Shown one piece after another: positions 11,288 through 22,299 of a DNA stretch of 64,000 bases; the first letter of the stretch is position 1; the number at the start of each line of letters is the position of its first letter. Position numbers and translations under genes: made by a program. The notes under the pieces are model-generated. The model did not search any database and was not told where the DNA came from. It saw only the letters and a list, made by a program, of their open reading frames with translations. This stretch comes from an uncultured bacterium (GTDB lineage Bacteria > Patescibacteriota > Patescibacteriia > SG8-24 > DYFX01). The stretch covers positions 20,857 through 84,856 of the forward strand of contig CALCDZ010000004.1 in NCBI GenBank assembly GCA_937900255.1, written 5' to 3'.

Positions 11288-11749
11288 ATGAAGGAAGAGA
11301 CAATGAAACGCCTGCTCTCCCTGATCGAGAAGACCGGCGACCGCCTGGTCATCACCGATCCGGCAGGGGAGCATCCCTACGTCATGATGGGGCTGGAACA
11401 CTACGAGAAGCTGGTGGTCGGCGAATGGAAGCCGGAAGCCATCAAGCACGACCCGGCTCCGCCGCAGGCCTTACCCCTCTCCACGGGCTTCCCGGACAAT
11501 AAGCCTCCCAAGCGGGAAATCCCGCTCTGGAAGTCCTCCTCGCCGACTCCGGCAGCGCCGTCGAGCCAACCGACCCTGCCGGTGGCGCCGCCGCCCTTAG
11601 AGAGGCCGAAGGCCCCGACCAGGCCCCCAGTCCAACCGATCGTCCCGCCCCCAGCCCCGCCGACCACACCTTCCGTCCCGGTCCCGCAAGAGGCCGCCCA
11701 GGAAGGCGCAGAGGGTGAAGAGCCGTTCTACCTTGAACCGCTCGAATAG
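11288..11749 (+). CDS. Hypothetical protein: Phd/YefM-like N-terminus, Pro-rich linker, acidic FYLEP tail
   Basis: KTGDRLVITD..HPYVMMGLEHYEKL pattern; alternative start at 11303. Confidence 0.7.
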   Translation: MKEETMKRLLSLIEKTGDRLVITDPAGEHPYVMMGLEHYEKLVVGEWKPEAIKHDPAPPQALPLSTGFPDNKPPKREIPLWKSSSPTPAAPSSQPTLPVAPPPLERPKAPTRPPVQPIVPPPAPPTTPSVPVPQEAAQEGAEGEEPFYLEPLE

Positions 11750-11773
11750 CGGAATAAAGCCAAAAAGCCCCAC

Positions 11774-11802
11774 TTGACCGCTTTTCGGCCCTCTGCTACA
11801 CT
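11774..11802 (+). promoter_or_regulatory. tuf promoter
   Basis: TTGACC-17 nt-TACACT with extended TG. Confidence 0.65.
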
Positions 11803-11841
11803 CGTCTCCGACACACGTCAACTTTTTTATTTACTATCCGT

Positions 11842-13035
<1,194 letters not shown>

Positions 13036-13094
13036 CAATGCAGTACCCCGGCCCTCTTTCATGAGGGCCGGGGTCGCCTGCTGAAAAGATCTTT

Positions 13095-13424
13095 ATGGAA
13101 AAGAAAGCCAAAACCGAGGAAGTCTCCAGCCGGGTCCGGATCAAGATCCGCGCCTATGACCATAAGGTCATCGACCAGTCCACGCGCACCATCATCGAGA
13201 TGGCCCAACGCACGGGCGCGAGCATCAAGGGTCCCGTCCCGCTGCCGACCGAGAAGCACAAGTACACCGTCAACCGCTCGACGTTCGTCCATAAGAACGC
13301 CCGCGAGCAGTACGAGATGCGCGTGCACAAGCGGTTGATCGACATCACCCCGACCCCGAAGACGATCGAGTCGCTGATGAACCTCAACCTCCCGGCCGGC
13401 GTCGACGTCGAAATCAAGATGTAG
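13095..13424 (+). CDS. rpsJ: 30S ribosomal protein S10
   Basis: [23 protein letters not shown]. Confidence 0.97.
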   Translation: MEKKAKTEEVSSRVRIKIRAYDHKVIDQSTRTIIEMAQRTGASIKGPVPLPTEKHKYTVNRSTFVHKNAREQYEMRVHKRLIDITPTPKTIESLMNLNLPAGVDVEIKM

Positions 13425-13448
13425 GAACGGTCCGCGTCCGTACAATCA

Positions 13449-13739
13449 GTCCCGTGAAGGGAAGGCAGAGAAAGATGGCATGATTTCCGGGTGGCCCTGG
13501 CGCCAAAACCTCTGCAGATGACCTTCGTGGGATCGTGAGCACACCGATACAACTCGACTTGTCTCGAACACGCCAAGCCACGCGTACGACAGATGCAAGA
13601 AGTTTCTTCGCTGATATCCCCGGACATGTCCGGACGGATCGGCGCCGGAACTTCTTGTTTCTGTTACTGCGCGGGTCGGGGGAGGATCCCAAGCGAAACG
13701 GAGACAGGCATCGAACATAATAAAGTGTTCCTCTGCCTT
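13449..13739 (+). ncRNA. Large structured RNA element in the rpsJ-rplC spacer (family unknown)
   Basis: Several long helices with G-U pairs readable on the + strand (see findings); 326-nt spacer with no credible ORF. Confidence 0.55.
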
Positions 13740-13750
13740 ACAAAGCACGT

Positions 13751-14464
13751 ATGAAATTCATCATCGGACGAAAACTCGAAATGTCCCAGCGCTACCGCCC
13801 TTCCGGCGAAGTCGTGCCGGTCACTCTCGTGAAGGTCGAGCCTTGCGTCATCACGCAGCTCCGCACGGACGAGAAGGACGGCTACACCGCCGTCCAGGTC
13901 GGAACCGGTTCCAAGAAGCACCTCGCCAAGCCGCAGGTGGGGCACCTCAAGCCCGTGGCTGAAGCCGGCAACCTGGCCACCCTCCGCGAGTTCCGCCTCG
14001 ACTCCGTCGACGGCATCGCCTTGGGCGCGGTGTGCGACGTCGAATCCTTCGTCTCCGGAGACGTCATCGACGTCACCGGCATCTCGAAGGGCAAGGGTTT
14101 CCAGGGCGTCGTCAAGCGCCATCACTTCCGCGGCGGTCCCGCGACCCACGGTCACAAGGACAACCTCCGCATGCCGGGTTCGATCGGCGCCGGCGGCCAC
14201 CAGCACGTGCATCCGGGCCAGCGCATGGCCGGCCGCATGGGCGGCGACCAGGTCACGGTCAAGCATCTCGAGATCGTCGAAGTCATGGCCGACCAGGGAC
14301 TCATCGCCATCAAAGGCGCGGTCCCGGGAGCCCGCGGCGCCACCCTCCTCGTGGTCGCCCCGAAGGGAGACATGAAGTTCATCGCTGCGAAGGCTCCGGC
14401 CGAAGAGGCCCCGGTCGCGCAGGAAGCGGCTCCCGCTACGGAAGCCGCAGCCGTCACCGAATAA
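13751..14464 (+). CDS. rplC: 50S ribosomal protein L3
   Basis: DGYTAVQ, SKGKGFQGVVKRH, RMAGRMG. Confidence 0.97.
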   Translation: MKFIIGRKLEMSQRYRPSGEVVPVTLVKVEPCVITQLRTDEKDGYTAVQVGTGSKKHLAKPQVGHLKPVAEAGNLATLREFRLDSVDGIALGAVCDVESFVSGDVIDVTGISKGKGFQGVVKRHHFRGGPATHGHKDNLRMPGSIGAGGHQHVHPGQRMAGRMGGDQVTVKHLEIVEVMADQGLIAIKGAVPGARGATLLVVAPKGDMKFIAAKAPAEEAPVAQEAAPATEAAAVTE

Positions 14465-14468
14465 ACGT

Positions 14469-15128
14469 ATGCCGAAGATCAACGTCTACAACATGGAGGG
14501 CAAGGTCGTCTCCGAGCGCGAGATGGCCGCCACGCCGTTCGCCGTGAAGGTCAACGAAGGCCTGGTCCACCTCGCTGCCGAAGCGCAGGACGCCAATTCC
14601 CGCGTCGCCGCCGGCCACTCCAAGACCCGCGGTGAAGTCCGCGGCGGAGGCAAGAAGCCCTGGAAGCAAAAGGGGACCGGCCGCGCCCGTCACGGTTCCT
14701 CCCGCTCCCCGATCTGGGTCGGCGGAGGCATCACCTTCGGTCCGCAGTCCGACCGCAACTACTCCAAGAAGATCAACCGCAAGTCGAAGAAGGTCGCGCT
14801 CGCCATGGCGCTCTCCGACAAGGTCCAGAACGGTTTCCTCCTCGGTCTCGACGCCTTCGAGCTGAAGGATGGCAAGACCAAACTCATGGCCGGAATGTTG
14901 AAGAAGCTGCCGGTCGGACGCAAGACCTTGCTGGTCCTTCCGAAGGCCGACAAGCTGGCGATCCGCGCCTCGCGCAACCTCCAGGGCATCTGGACGGCCA
15001 CCGCCGGCGACCTGAACCTGATCGACGTCCTCAAGGCCGACACCGTGCTCGCGCCGGTCGCGACGCTCGACCTGATCGAAAAGGCCTATTCCACTTCCGC
15101 CAAGGCCAAGGCGGGCAAGCGCAACTGA
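14469..15128 (+). CDS. rplD: 50S ribosomal protein L4
   Basis: KTRGEVRGGGKKPWKQKGTGRAR. Confidence 0.97.
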   Translation: MPKINVYNMEGKVVSEREMAATPFAVKVNEGLVHLAAEAQDANSRVAAGHSKTRGEVRGGGKKPWKQKGTGRARHGSSRSPIWVGGGITFGPQSDRNYSKKINRKSKKVALAMALSDKVQNGFLLGLDAFELKDGKTKLMAGMLKKLPVGRKTLLVLPKADKLAIRASRNLQGIWTATAGDLNLIDVLKADTVLAPVATLDLIEKAYSTSAKAKAGKRN

Positions 15129-15129
15129 T

Positions 15130-15552
15130 ATGGGAATCTTCAACCGCAAGAAAGACGACGCCAAGGACGCCAAGAAGTCGACCGCGCCCAAGGCCAGCAA
15201 GCCGAAGGCCGAGGCCGCCGAGGCTCCGAAGAAGGAAGCGGCGATGGCCGCGTCTCCCCGCGAGACGGGCGCCGCATACCGCGTCCTCGTCCGCCCGATC
15301 GTCACCGAGAAGACCACCCGCCTCGGCCGCGTCAACCAGTACGCCTTCGAGGTCGCCATGACCGCCAACAAGCTGGAGATCCGCAAGGCCGTGAAAGCCG
15401 TCTACGGCGTCACGCCGACGGACGTCCGTGTCATGCGCATCTTCGGAAAGCCGGTCCGCTCGCGTTCGGGCATGTCCCGCAGGAGCACCTGGCGCAAGGC
15501 GATCGTCACCCTCAAGCAGGGCGATCGCATCGATCAGTTCGCCAACGCCTAA
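15130..15552 (+). CDS. rplW: 50S ribosomal protein L23 with N-terminal extension
   Basis: [25 protein letters not shown]. Confidence 0.95.
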   Translation: MGIFNRKKDDAKDAKKSTAPKASKPKAEAAEAPKKEAAMAASPRETGAAYRVLVRPIVTEKTTRLGRVNQYAFEVAMTANKLEIRKAVKAVYGVTPTDVRVMRIFGKPVRSRSGMSRRSTWRKAIVTLKQGDRIDQFANA

Positions 15553-15562
15553 TCGCCGACGT

Positions 15563-16393
15563 ATGCCGATCAAATCCTACCGACCCACCACCTTCGGACG
15601 TCGCGGCGCTTCCGTCGACACGTTCGAAGACGTCACCAAAAAGGAGCCCGAGAAGTCGTTGCTGATCCACAAGACCCGCATCAGCGGACGCAACTCCCAG
15701 GGCAAGATTACCGTCCGTCACCGTGGCGGCGGCGCCAAGCGGATGATCCGCGTGGTCGATTTCATGCGCGATAAGTACGACGTCCCCGCCCGCGTGGCCG
15801 CGATCGAATACGACCCGGGCCGTGGCGGCCGCCTCGCCCTGCTCAACTACCGCGATGGCGAGAAGCGCTACATCCTGGCCCCCGCCGACCTCAAGGTGGG
15901 GGAGACGGTCCTGTCTTCCAAGGACAAGATCGAGAACAAGATCGGCAACCGCATGCCGCTCAAGCACGTCCCGATCGGCCTCATGGTCCACGACCTCGAA
16001 CTCTATGCCGGGAGCGGCGGCAAGATGGTCCGCGGCGCCGGCAACGGCGCGCAGCTCATGGCCATCGAAGGCGAGATGGCGCAGATCAAGCTGCCCTCCG
16101 GCGAGTATCGCCTGGTTTCGAAGGAGTGCGCGGCTACGATCGGCGTGGTCTCCAATCCCGACCACTGGCTCGTCCGCCTCGGCAAGGCCGGCCGCATGCG
16201 CCACAAGGGCTTCCGCCCGCGCGTCCGCGGCAAGGTCATGAACCCGGTGGATCACCCGCACGGAGGAGGCGAAGGCAAGAACCCGATCGGTCACAAGCAT
16301 CCGAAGACTCCGTGGGGCAAGCCCGCGCTCGGCGTGAAGACCCGCAAGCCCAAGAAGCAGTCGTCCAAATTCATCGTGAAGCGCCGCAAGTAA
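15563..16393 (+). CDS. rplB: 50S ribosomal protein L2
   Basis: [27 protein letters not shown]. Confidence 0.98.
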   Translation: MPIKSYRPTTFGRRGASVDTFEDVTKKEPEKSLLIHKTRISGRNSQGKITVRHRGGGAKRMIRVVDFMRDKYDVPARVAAIEYDPGRGGRLALLNYRDGEKRYILAPADLKVGETVLSSKDKIENKIGNRMPLKHVPIGLMVHDLELYAGSGGKMVRGAGNGAQLMAIEGEMAQIKLPSGEYRLVSKECAATIGVVSNPDHWLVRLGKAGRMRHKGFRPRVRGKVMNPVDHPHGGGEGKNPIGHKHPKTPWGKPALGVKTRKPKKQSSKFIVKRRK

Positions 16394-16394
16394 T

Positions 16395-16724
16395 ATGTCT
16401 CGATCACTGAAAAAGGGACCGTTCACGGACCCCAGGCTCCTCGAAAAGCTGTCCAAGGCGAAGCCGGGCGACAAGACCGTCATCAAGACCTGGTCGCGCC
16501 CGTCCGTCATCACGCCCGAGATGATCGGCTTCACGATCGGCGTCCATAACGGCAAGCAGCACGTGCCCGTCATCGTCGTCGAGAACATGGTCGGCCATCG
16601 TCTGGGCGAATTCGCCCCGACCCGCAAGTTCCAGCGCCACGGCGGCAAGCTCACCAAGGAGATCGAGGCCGCCAAGGCCGCCGGTCCCGGCGCCGCTCCG
16701 GCGTCCGCTCCCGCCAAGAAATAA
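16395..16724 (+). CDS. rpsS: 30S ribosomal protein S19
   Basis: [21 protein letters not shown]. Confidence 0.97.
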   Translation: MSRSLKKGPFTDPRLLEKLSKAKPGDKTVIKTWSRPSVITPEMIGFTIGVHNGKQHVPVIVVENMVGHRLGEFAPTRKFQRHGGKLTKEIEAAKAAGPGAAPASAPAKK

Positions 16725-16730
16725 ACTCCT

Positions 16731-17219
16731 ATGGAAGTCAAAGCCCACACCCGCCATCTCCGCATGTCGTCCCGCAAGGTGCGCCTCGTGGTCGATGCCG
16801 TCCGCGGGATGGCCGTCGAGCCGGCATTGGCGCAGCTGACCTTCATGCCGCGCGCAGCCGCCCGTCCGGTCAAGAAGCTCCTGGAGTCGGCCATCGCCAA
16901 CGCCGAGCACAATTTCCGCCTCGACCGCTCCGGCCTGTTCATCAAGTCGGCGCTGGTCAACCAGGGCCCGACGCTCAAGCGCTGGCGCCCGCGCGCCATG
17001 GGTTCGGCCGCGCCGATCCTGAAGCGCACCTGCCACATCACGCTCGTCCTCGACACCAAGACCGGCGCCAAGCTGGCCGAGGCGCCGAAGGCGTCCAAAG
17101 CCGAAGCGCATGACCATGAAGGCCACGATCACGCCGGCCACGACCATGCGCACGAGGAGAAGCCGAAGAAGGCCGTGAAGAAGGCCGCCGCTAAGAAAAC
17201 CGCCGCGAAGAAGAAGTGA
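16731..17219 (+). CDS. rplV: 50S ribosomal protein L22 with His-rich and Lys-rich C-terminal tail
   Basis: SRKVRLVVDAVRG, SAIANAEHN, KRTCHITL. Confidence 0.96.
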   Translation: MEVKAHTRHLRMSSRKVRLVVDAVRGMAVEPALAQLTFMPRAAARPVKKLLESAIANAEHNFRLDRSGLFIKSALVNQGPTLKRWRPRAMGSAAPILKRTCHITLVLDTKTGAKLAEAPKASKAEAHDHEGHDHAGHDHAHEEKPKKAVKKAAAKKTAAKKK

Positions 17220-17220
17220 T

Positions 17221-17994
17221 ATGGGACACAAAGTCAATCCGAAAATCTTCCGCGTCGGCACCATCTACGGCTGGGATTCGAAGTGGTTCGACCGCAAGGA
17301 TTACCAAGGCCTCCTTCGCCAGGACGTCGAGATCCGCGACTTCCTTCGCGCCGCGCTCCGCGAGGCCGCCATCGACAAGATCGAGATCGACCGCGCCAAC
17401 AACCAGGTGACCATCACCCTGCATTCCGGCAAGCCCGGTTTCGTCATCGGACGCGCCGGCGCCGGCATCGAGGAGCTGAAGAAGCGCCTCCAGGCGAAGT
17501 TCTTCGCGGGCAAGAAGGTCAAGATGCAGCTCAACATCGTCGAGGTCTCGCACCCGACGCTGTCGGCGGCCATCACGGCGCAGAACATGATCGCCGATCT
17601 CGAGAAGCGCATGCCCTTCCGCCGCATCCTGAAGACGACGATCGACCGCGCCCAGAAGGCCGGCGCCCTCGGCATCAAGGTGCAGGTTTCCGGACGCCTG
17701 AACGGCGCCGAAATCTCGCGCCGCGAGATGCTCTCGTGGGGTTCCGTCCCGCTGCAGAACCTGCGCGCCGACATCGACTACGCCGCTGACTTCGCCCGCA
17801 CCATCTTCGGCGCCATCGGCGTCAAGGTCTGGATCTACCGCGGCGAGATCTTCGACGCTTCCGGCATCGCCCCGGCCCTCAAGGGCCCGGCCGAGCGGCC
17901 GTTCCGCCCCGGCGGAGACCGCCGCGGCCCGCGTCCGGCTTCCGGAAGCCGCCCGGCTCCCCGCGCCGCCGCCCCTAAGAAGGCGACCGCCTAA
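17221..17994 (+). CDS. rpsC: 30S ribosomal protein S3
   Basis: MGHKVNP, SGRLNGAEISR, GVKVWI. Confidence 0.97.
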   Translation: MGHKVNPKIFRVGTIYGWDSKWFDRKDYQGLLRQDVEIRDFLRAALREAAIDKIEIDRANNQVTITLHSGKPGFVIGRAGAGIEELKKRLQAKFFAGKKVKMQLNIVEVSHPTLSAAITAQNMIADLEKRMPFRRILKTTIDRAQKAGALGIKVQVSGRLNGAEISRREMLSWGSVPLQNLRADIDYAADFARTIFGAIGVKVWIYRGEIFDASGIAPALKGPAERPFRPGGDRRGPRPASGSRPAPRAAAPKKATA

Positions 17995-18003
17995 GCCACC
18001 GCT

Positions 18004-18420
18004 ATGTTGATTCCCAAAAAAGTCAAGCACCGCAAGTGGCATAAGCTGAAGAGCTCCGGTCTCCAGAAGGCGACCACCAAGCTTTCGCTCAGCTTCGGCG
18101 AGTTCGGCCTCAAGGCCGTCACTCCGGCGTGGGTCACTTCCCGCCAGATCGAAGCGGCGCGGCGCGCCATGGCCCGCTACACCAAGCGCGGCGGCAAGAT
18201 CTGGGTCCGCATCTTCCCCGACAAGCCTGTCACCATGAAGGGCCTCGAGGTCCCCATGGGAGGAGGAAAGGGCAACGTCGATCACTACGTCGCCATCGTC
18301 CGCCCGGGTACCATCGTGTTCGAGATGGACGGCGTCCCGCTCGAGTCCGCTCGCGAGGCGATGCGTCTCGCGGCCTACAAGATGCCGTTCCGCTCGCGCT
18401 TCCTCACCAAGCACGACTGA
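18004..18420 (+). CDS. rplP: 50S ribosomal protein L16
   Basis: [22 protein letters not shown]. Confidence 0.97.
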   Translation: MLIPKKVKHRKWHKLKSSGLQKATTKLSLSFGEFGLKAVTPAWVTSRQIEAARRAMARYTKRGGKIWVRIFPDKPVTMKGLEVPMGGGKGNVDHYVAIVRPGTIVFEMDGVPLESAREAMRLAAYKMPFRSRFLTKHD

Positions 18421-18430
18421 TCCACCCCCT

Positions 18431-18622
18431 ATGAAGATCAAGGAACTCAAGGACAAGCCTCTCGGGGAGCTGGAAAAGATGCTTCGCGAGAGCCGCGAAC
18501 GCCTGCGCGCCCTCCGGTTCGCCGTCGCGACCTCGCAGGAGAGCAAGGTCCGCTCGATCCTGGAGACCCGCAAGACGATCGCCCGGATCCTGACGCTGCT
18601 CACCCAGAACGCCAACCGCTAA
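18431..18622 (+). CDS. rpmC: 50S ribosomal protein L29
   Basis: Operon position; RKTIARILT. Confidence 0.93.
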   Translation: MKIKELKDKPLGELEKMLRESRERLRALRFAVATSQESKVRSILETRKTIARILTLLTQNANR

Positions 18623-18626
18623 CCGT

Positions 18627-18878
18627 ATGACGACTGACAACAACGCGAAAAAGCGCACGCTGGTCGGCACCGTCGTATCCGACAAGATGCAGAAGACGAT
18701 CGTCGTGAAAGTCGACAGCGTCAAGACGCACGCCAAATACGGCAAGCAGTACGTCAAATCCAAGCGCTTCAAGGTCCATGACGAGAAGGACGAGTACAAG
18801 ACGGGTGACAAGGTCACTTTCGTCGAGTGCCGCCCGTACTCGAAGGACAAGTGCTGGCGCGTCATCGGCAAGGCCTGA
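18627..18878 (+). CDS. rpsQ: 30S ribosomal protein S17
   Basis: GTVVSDKMQKT, ECRPYSKDK. Confidence 0.96.
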   Translation: MTTDNNAKKRTLVGTVVSDKMQKTIVVKVDSVKTHAKYGKQYVKSKRFKVHDEKDEYKTGDKVTFVECRPYSKDKCWRVIGKA

Positions 18879-18896
18879 CGCCAAAACGCCAAACAT

Positions 18897-19268
18897 ATGG
18901 TTCAACATCGAGCGATGCTGAAGGTCGCCGACAACACCGGCGCCCGTAAGCTCCAGGTCATCCGTGTCCTGGGCGGCTACAAGAAGCACTACGCCGTCCT
19001 CGGCGACATCGTCACCTGCGCCATCAAGGAAGCCGTGCCGCACGGCATGGTCAAGAAGGGCGACGTCGTCCACGCGGTCCTGACCCGCACGCACAAGGAG
19101 ACCCGCCGCAAGGACGGCTCCTACATCCGTTTCGACGACAACGCCGCTGTCATCATCGACAAGGCCAGCAAGGAACCGAAGGGCACGCGCATCTTCGGCC
19201 CCGTCGCCCGCGAACTCCGCGCCAAGGGTTTCACGAAGATCGTCTCCCTGGCTCCGGAGGTCGTCTAA
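18897..19268 (+). CDS. rplN: 50S ribosomal protein L14
   Basis: [23 protein letters not shown]. Confidence 0.97.
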   Translation: MVQHRAMLKVADNTGARKLQVIRVLGGYKKHYAVLGDIVTCAIKEAVPHGMVKKGDVVHAVLTRTHKETRRKDGSYIRFDDNAAVIIDKASKEPKGTRIFGPVARELRAKGFTKIVSLAPEVV

Positions 19269-19279
19269 TCTCCATCCCT

Positions 19280-19591
19280 ATGAAGATCAAGAAAGGCGAC
19301 AACGTCCAGATCATGGCCGGCAAGGACCGCGGCAAGACCGGCAAGGTCATCCAGGTCTTCCCTCAGGAAGGCAGGATCGCGGTCGACGGCGTCAACAAGA
19401 CCGTCAAGCACGCCAAGACCCGCAAGCAGGGAGAGAAGGGCCAGAAGATCGAGTTCTTCGGACCGATCGACGCTTCCAACGTCATGCTCGTCGACCCCAA
19501 GACCGGCAAACCGACCCGCGTCGGTTACAAGGTCATGGAGGACGGCCGCAAGGCGCGCGTGGCCAAGAAGAGCAAGGAAACCATCGAATAA
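19280..19591 (+). CDS. rplX: 50S ribosomal protein L24
   Basis: KOW motif KKGDNVQIMAGKDRGKTG. Confidence 0.96.
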   Translation: MKIKKGDNVQIMAGKDRGKTGKVIQVFPQEGRIAVDGVNKTVKHAKTRKQGEKGQKIEFFGPIDASNVMLVDPKTGKPTRVGYKVMEDGRKARVAKKSKETIE

Positions 19592-19595
19592 GCCT

Positions 19596-20132
19596 ATGTT
19601 GCGCGAAACGTACGAAAAGCAGATCGTTCCCGAAATGATGAAGCGCTTCAACTACAAGAACCGGATGTCGGTTCCGAAGCTGAAGCTGGTTTCGGTCAAC
19701 GTAGGCATGTCCACCAACCTCCTCAAGGACCCCAAGATCCCGGAGACCGTCGAGGCGACGCTGACCCGCATCACCGGCCAGAAGCCGGTCAAGACGCTGG
19801 CCAAGAAGTCGATCGCGAGCTTCAAGATCAGGGAAGGCCAGCACATCGGCATGAAGGTCACCCTGCGCGGCGCGCGCATGTGGCACTTCCTCGAGAAGCT
19901 GATCCGCGTCACCCTGCCCCGCGTCCGCGACTTCCGCGGCATCTCGCCGAAACTCGTCGACAAGCAGGGGAACCTCTCCATGGGCTTCAAGGAGTACATC
20001 GCGTTCCCGGAGATCCGCTCCGACGAGATCGAACGCCTCCACGGCGTCCAGGTGACCGTCTCCTCGTCGGCGTCCACCAAGGCCGAAGGCCTGGAACTGT
20101 TCAGACTCATGGGCTTTCCCTTCCACGGCTAA
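19596..20132 (+). CDS. rplE: 50S ribosomal protein L5
   Basis: ITGQKP, KVTLRG, LPRVRDFRG. Confidence 0.97.
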   Translation: MLRETYEKQIVPEMMKRFNYKNRMSVPKLKLVSVNVGMSTNLLKDPKIPETVEATLTRITGQKPVKTLAKKSIASFKIREGQHIGMKVTLRGARMWHFLEKLIRVTLPRVRDFRGISPKLVDKQGNLSMGFKEYIAFPEIRSDEIERLHGVQVTVSSSASTKAEGLELFRLMGFPFHG

Positions 20133-20144
20133 GGCCGCACCCCT

Positions 20145-20330
20145 ATGGCAACAGCCAATCAAATCGCCAAATCGAACCGGAAGCCGAAGTTCACGACCCG
20201 CATCGTCCGCCGCTGCTGGCGCTGCGGCCGCCGCCATGGCTACATGCGCGACTTCGACCTCTGCCGCATCTGCTTCCGCGAGCTCGCCAACCGCGGCGAA
20301 ATCCCGGGCATCAAGAAAGCTAGCTGGTAA
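20145..20330 (+). CDS. rpsN: 30S ribosomal protein S14, Zn-binding type Z
   Basis: 61 aa; CWRC..CRIC; PGIKKASW. Confidence 0.95.
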   Translation: MATANQIAKSNRKPKFTTRIVRRCWRCGRRHGYMRDFDLCRICFRELANRGEIPGIKKASW

Positions 20331-20333
20331 CCT

Positions 20334-20723
20334 ATGATGACTGATCCCATCGCCGACATGCTCACCCGGCTGCGCAACGCCGCCATGGTGCGCAAGCAGG
20401 AAGTCGTCCTTCCGCTCTCGCGGATGAAGTTCGAGATCGCCAAGATCCTCGAGAAGGAAGGCTTCCTCACGAGCGTCGAAAAGACGGACGCGCATCACGG
20501 CCAGCTCAAGGTGAAGCTTCGCTTCACCGAAGACGGCCCGGCGCTCCGCGACGTCCAGCGCATCTCCAAGCCGGGCCGCCGCGTCTACGCGACCAAGTCC
20601 GAGCTCCCCAAAGTCCTCAACGATCACGGCATCGCCGTCGTCTCGACCTCCGCCGGTCTCATGACCAACAAGGAAGCGCGCAAGCGCGGCCTCGGCGGCG
20701 AGATCGTCTGCGAGATCTACTGA
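20334..20723 (+). CDS. rpsH: 30S ribosomal protein S8
   Basis: TDPIADMLTRLRNA, SKPGRRVY, GGEI. Confidence 0.97.
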   Translation: MMTDPIADMLTRLRNAAMVRKQEVVLPLSRMKFEIAKILEKEGFLTSVEKTDAHHGQLKVKLRFTEDGPALRDVQRISKPGRRVYATKSELPKVLNDHGIAVVSTSAGLMTNKEARKRGLGGEIVCEIY

Positions 20724-20733
20724 TCCCACGACT

Positions 20734-21300
20734 ATGTCTCGCATCGGAAAAAAACCCATCCAGATCCCCTCGGGCGTCGAGGTCGCGATCGATGACCAGG
20801 AAGTCCGCGTCAAGGGCCCGAAAGGGGAACTGAAGCTCCCGCTCCATCGGCACGTGCGCGTCGCGCGCACGAAGCATGACGAGCTGGGCGACGTCCTCGC
20901 GGTCACCGTCAAGGACGAGAACGACAAGAAGGACCGCGCCCTCTGGGGGCTTTTCAGCCGCCTGGTGGCCAACCTGGTGACCGGCGTCACCAAGGGGTAC
21001 GAGAAGTCGCTCGAGTTCGTCGGCGTCGGCTACAAGATCGCCATGAACGGAAAGACCGTGAAGATGGACGTCGGCTTCTCCCATGAAGTGGATTTCCCGC
21101 TCCCGGCCGGCATCGAAGGCAAGGTGGAAAAGAACACCCTGACGCTCTCCGGCATCGACAAGCAGCTGGTCGGCGAAGTCGCCGCCCGGATCCGCCGCAT
21201 CCGCAAGCCCGAACCATACAAGGGCAAGGGCATCAAGTACGTCGACGAAGTCATCCGCCGCAAGGCGGGCAAGGCCGCTAAGGCCACCGGCGCCAAGTAA
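20734..21300 (+). CDS. rplF: 50S ribosomal protein L6
   Basis: [20 protein letters not shown]. Confidence 0.97.
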   Translation: MSRIGKKPIQIPSGVEVAIDDQEVRVKGPKGELKLPLHRHVRVARTKHDELGDVLAVTVKDENDKKDRALWGLFSRLVANLVTGVTKGYEKSLEFVGVGYKIAMNGKTVKMDVGFSHEVDFPLPAGIEGKVEKNTLTLSGIDKQLVGEVAARIRRIRKPEPYKGKGIKYVDEVIRRKAGKAAKATGAK

Positions 21301-21308
21301 GCGAAGCT

Positions 21309-21683
21309 ATGAAATCCGCCAGCCAAAAGAAGCAGGAATCCCGGACCCGTCGGCGCGCCCGCGTGCGCGCCCGCGTGATCGGCACCGCCAAGCGCCCGCG
21401 TTTGGCCGTCTTCCGCAGCGCGAAGCATATCTACGCCCAGGTGATCGATGACGCCGCCGGCCGCACGCTGGCTGCCGTCTCGGACGCCGAAGTGAAGGGC
21501 GCGAAGGCCGCCGAAGGCATGGATGCCAAAGTCGCCGCGGCATTCGCGGCCGGAGCCGTCCTGGCCGAAAAGGCCAAGAAGGCCGGCATCACCGCTGTCG
21601 TCTTCGACCGCGGGGGCTTCTCGTATCACGGCCGCGTCAAGGCACTCTCCGACGGCGCTCGCGCCGGAGGCCTCGAATTCTAA
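21309..21683 (+). CDS. rplR: 50S ribosomal protein L18
   Basis: [21 protein letters not shown]. Confidence 0.97.
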   Translation: MKSASQKKQESRTRRRARVRARVIGTAKRPRLAVFRSAKHIYAQVIDDAAGRTLAAVSDAEVKGAKAAEGMDAKVAAAFAAGAVLAEKAKKAGITAVVFDRGGFSYHGRVKALSDGARAGGLEF

Positions 21684-21692
21684 GCCGCAATT

Positions 21693-22289
21693 ATGGAGAA
21701 CACCCAAGCACAGCCCGTCGCCGCTTCGGCATCCGAGAACCACGCTCCGCAGCGCGGCGGGTTCGGAGCCCGCGGCCAGGGAGCGCGAGGAGGCGATCGT
21801 CGCGGTCCGCCGCGCGGCCGCCGTCCGGAAGAGCCCAAGGAATTCGACCAGCGCATCCTCTCGCTCGACCGCGTCACGCGCGTCACCAAAGGCGGCAAGC
21901 GCATGCGTTTCCGCGCGACCGTCATCATCGGCGATCATAAGGGGCGCGTCAGCTATGGCGTCGCCAAAGCCGCCGACGTCTCCGCGGCCGTCAACAAGGC
22001 GGTCACCCAGGCCAAGAAGCGGATGCTGACCGTCCTGCTTACCAACGAGACCATCCCGCACCAGTCCGCGGCCAAGTTCGGTTCGGCCAAGGTGCTGATC
22101 AAGCCTGCCCCGAAAGGCACCGGCGTCAAGGCCGGAGGCGCCATGCGCGTCGTCCTTGAGCTGGCCGGCGTCCCCAACATCGTCGGCAAGATCCTGGGCA
22201 GCAAGAACAAGATCAACATCACCAAGGCCACCATCGAAGCTCTCACGAGCCTCCGCTTGAAGCCGGTGAAGGTCGCCGTCGGCGCCTAA
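21693..22289 (+). CDS. rpsE: 30S ribosomal protein S5
   Basis: RVTRVTKGGKR, GTGVKAGG. Confidence 0.97.
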   Translation: MENTQAQPVAASASENHAPQRGGFGARGQGARGGDRRGPPRGRRPEEPKEFDQRILSLDRVTRVTKGGKRMRFRATVIIGDHKGRVSYGVAKAADVSAAVNKAVTQAKKRMLTVLLTNETIPHQSAAKFGSAKVLIKPAPKGTGVKAGGAMRVVLELAGVPNIVGKILGSKNKINITKATIEALTSLRLKPVKVAVGA

Positions 22290-22299
22290 GCGAATCGTT

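Noticed and set aside
13045-13074. 12-bp GC hairpin between tuf and rpsJ as a terminator
   Set aside because: No U-tract; more likely a stabilising or processing hairpin
13425-13750. Group I/II intron, tmRNA or small ORF in the rpsJ-rplC spacer
   Set aside because: No domain V, P7 core or tRNA-like ends recognised; the short ORFs lack credible starts or composition
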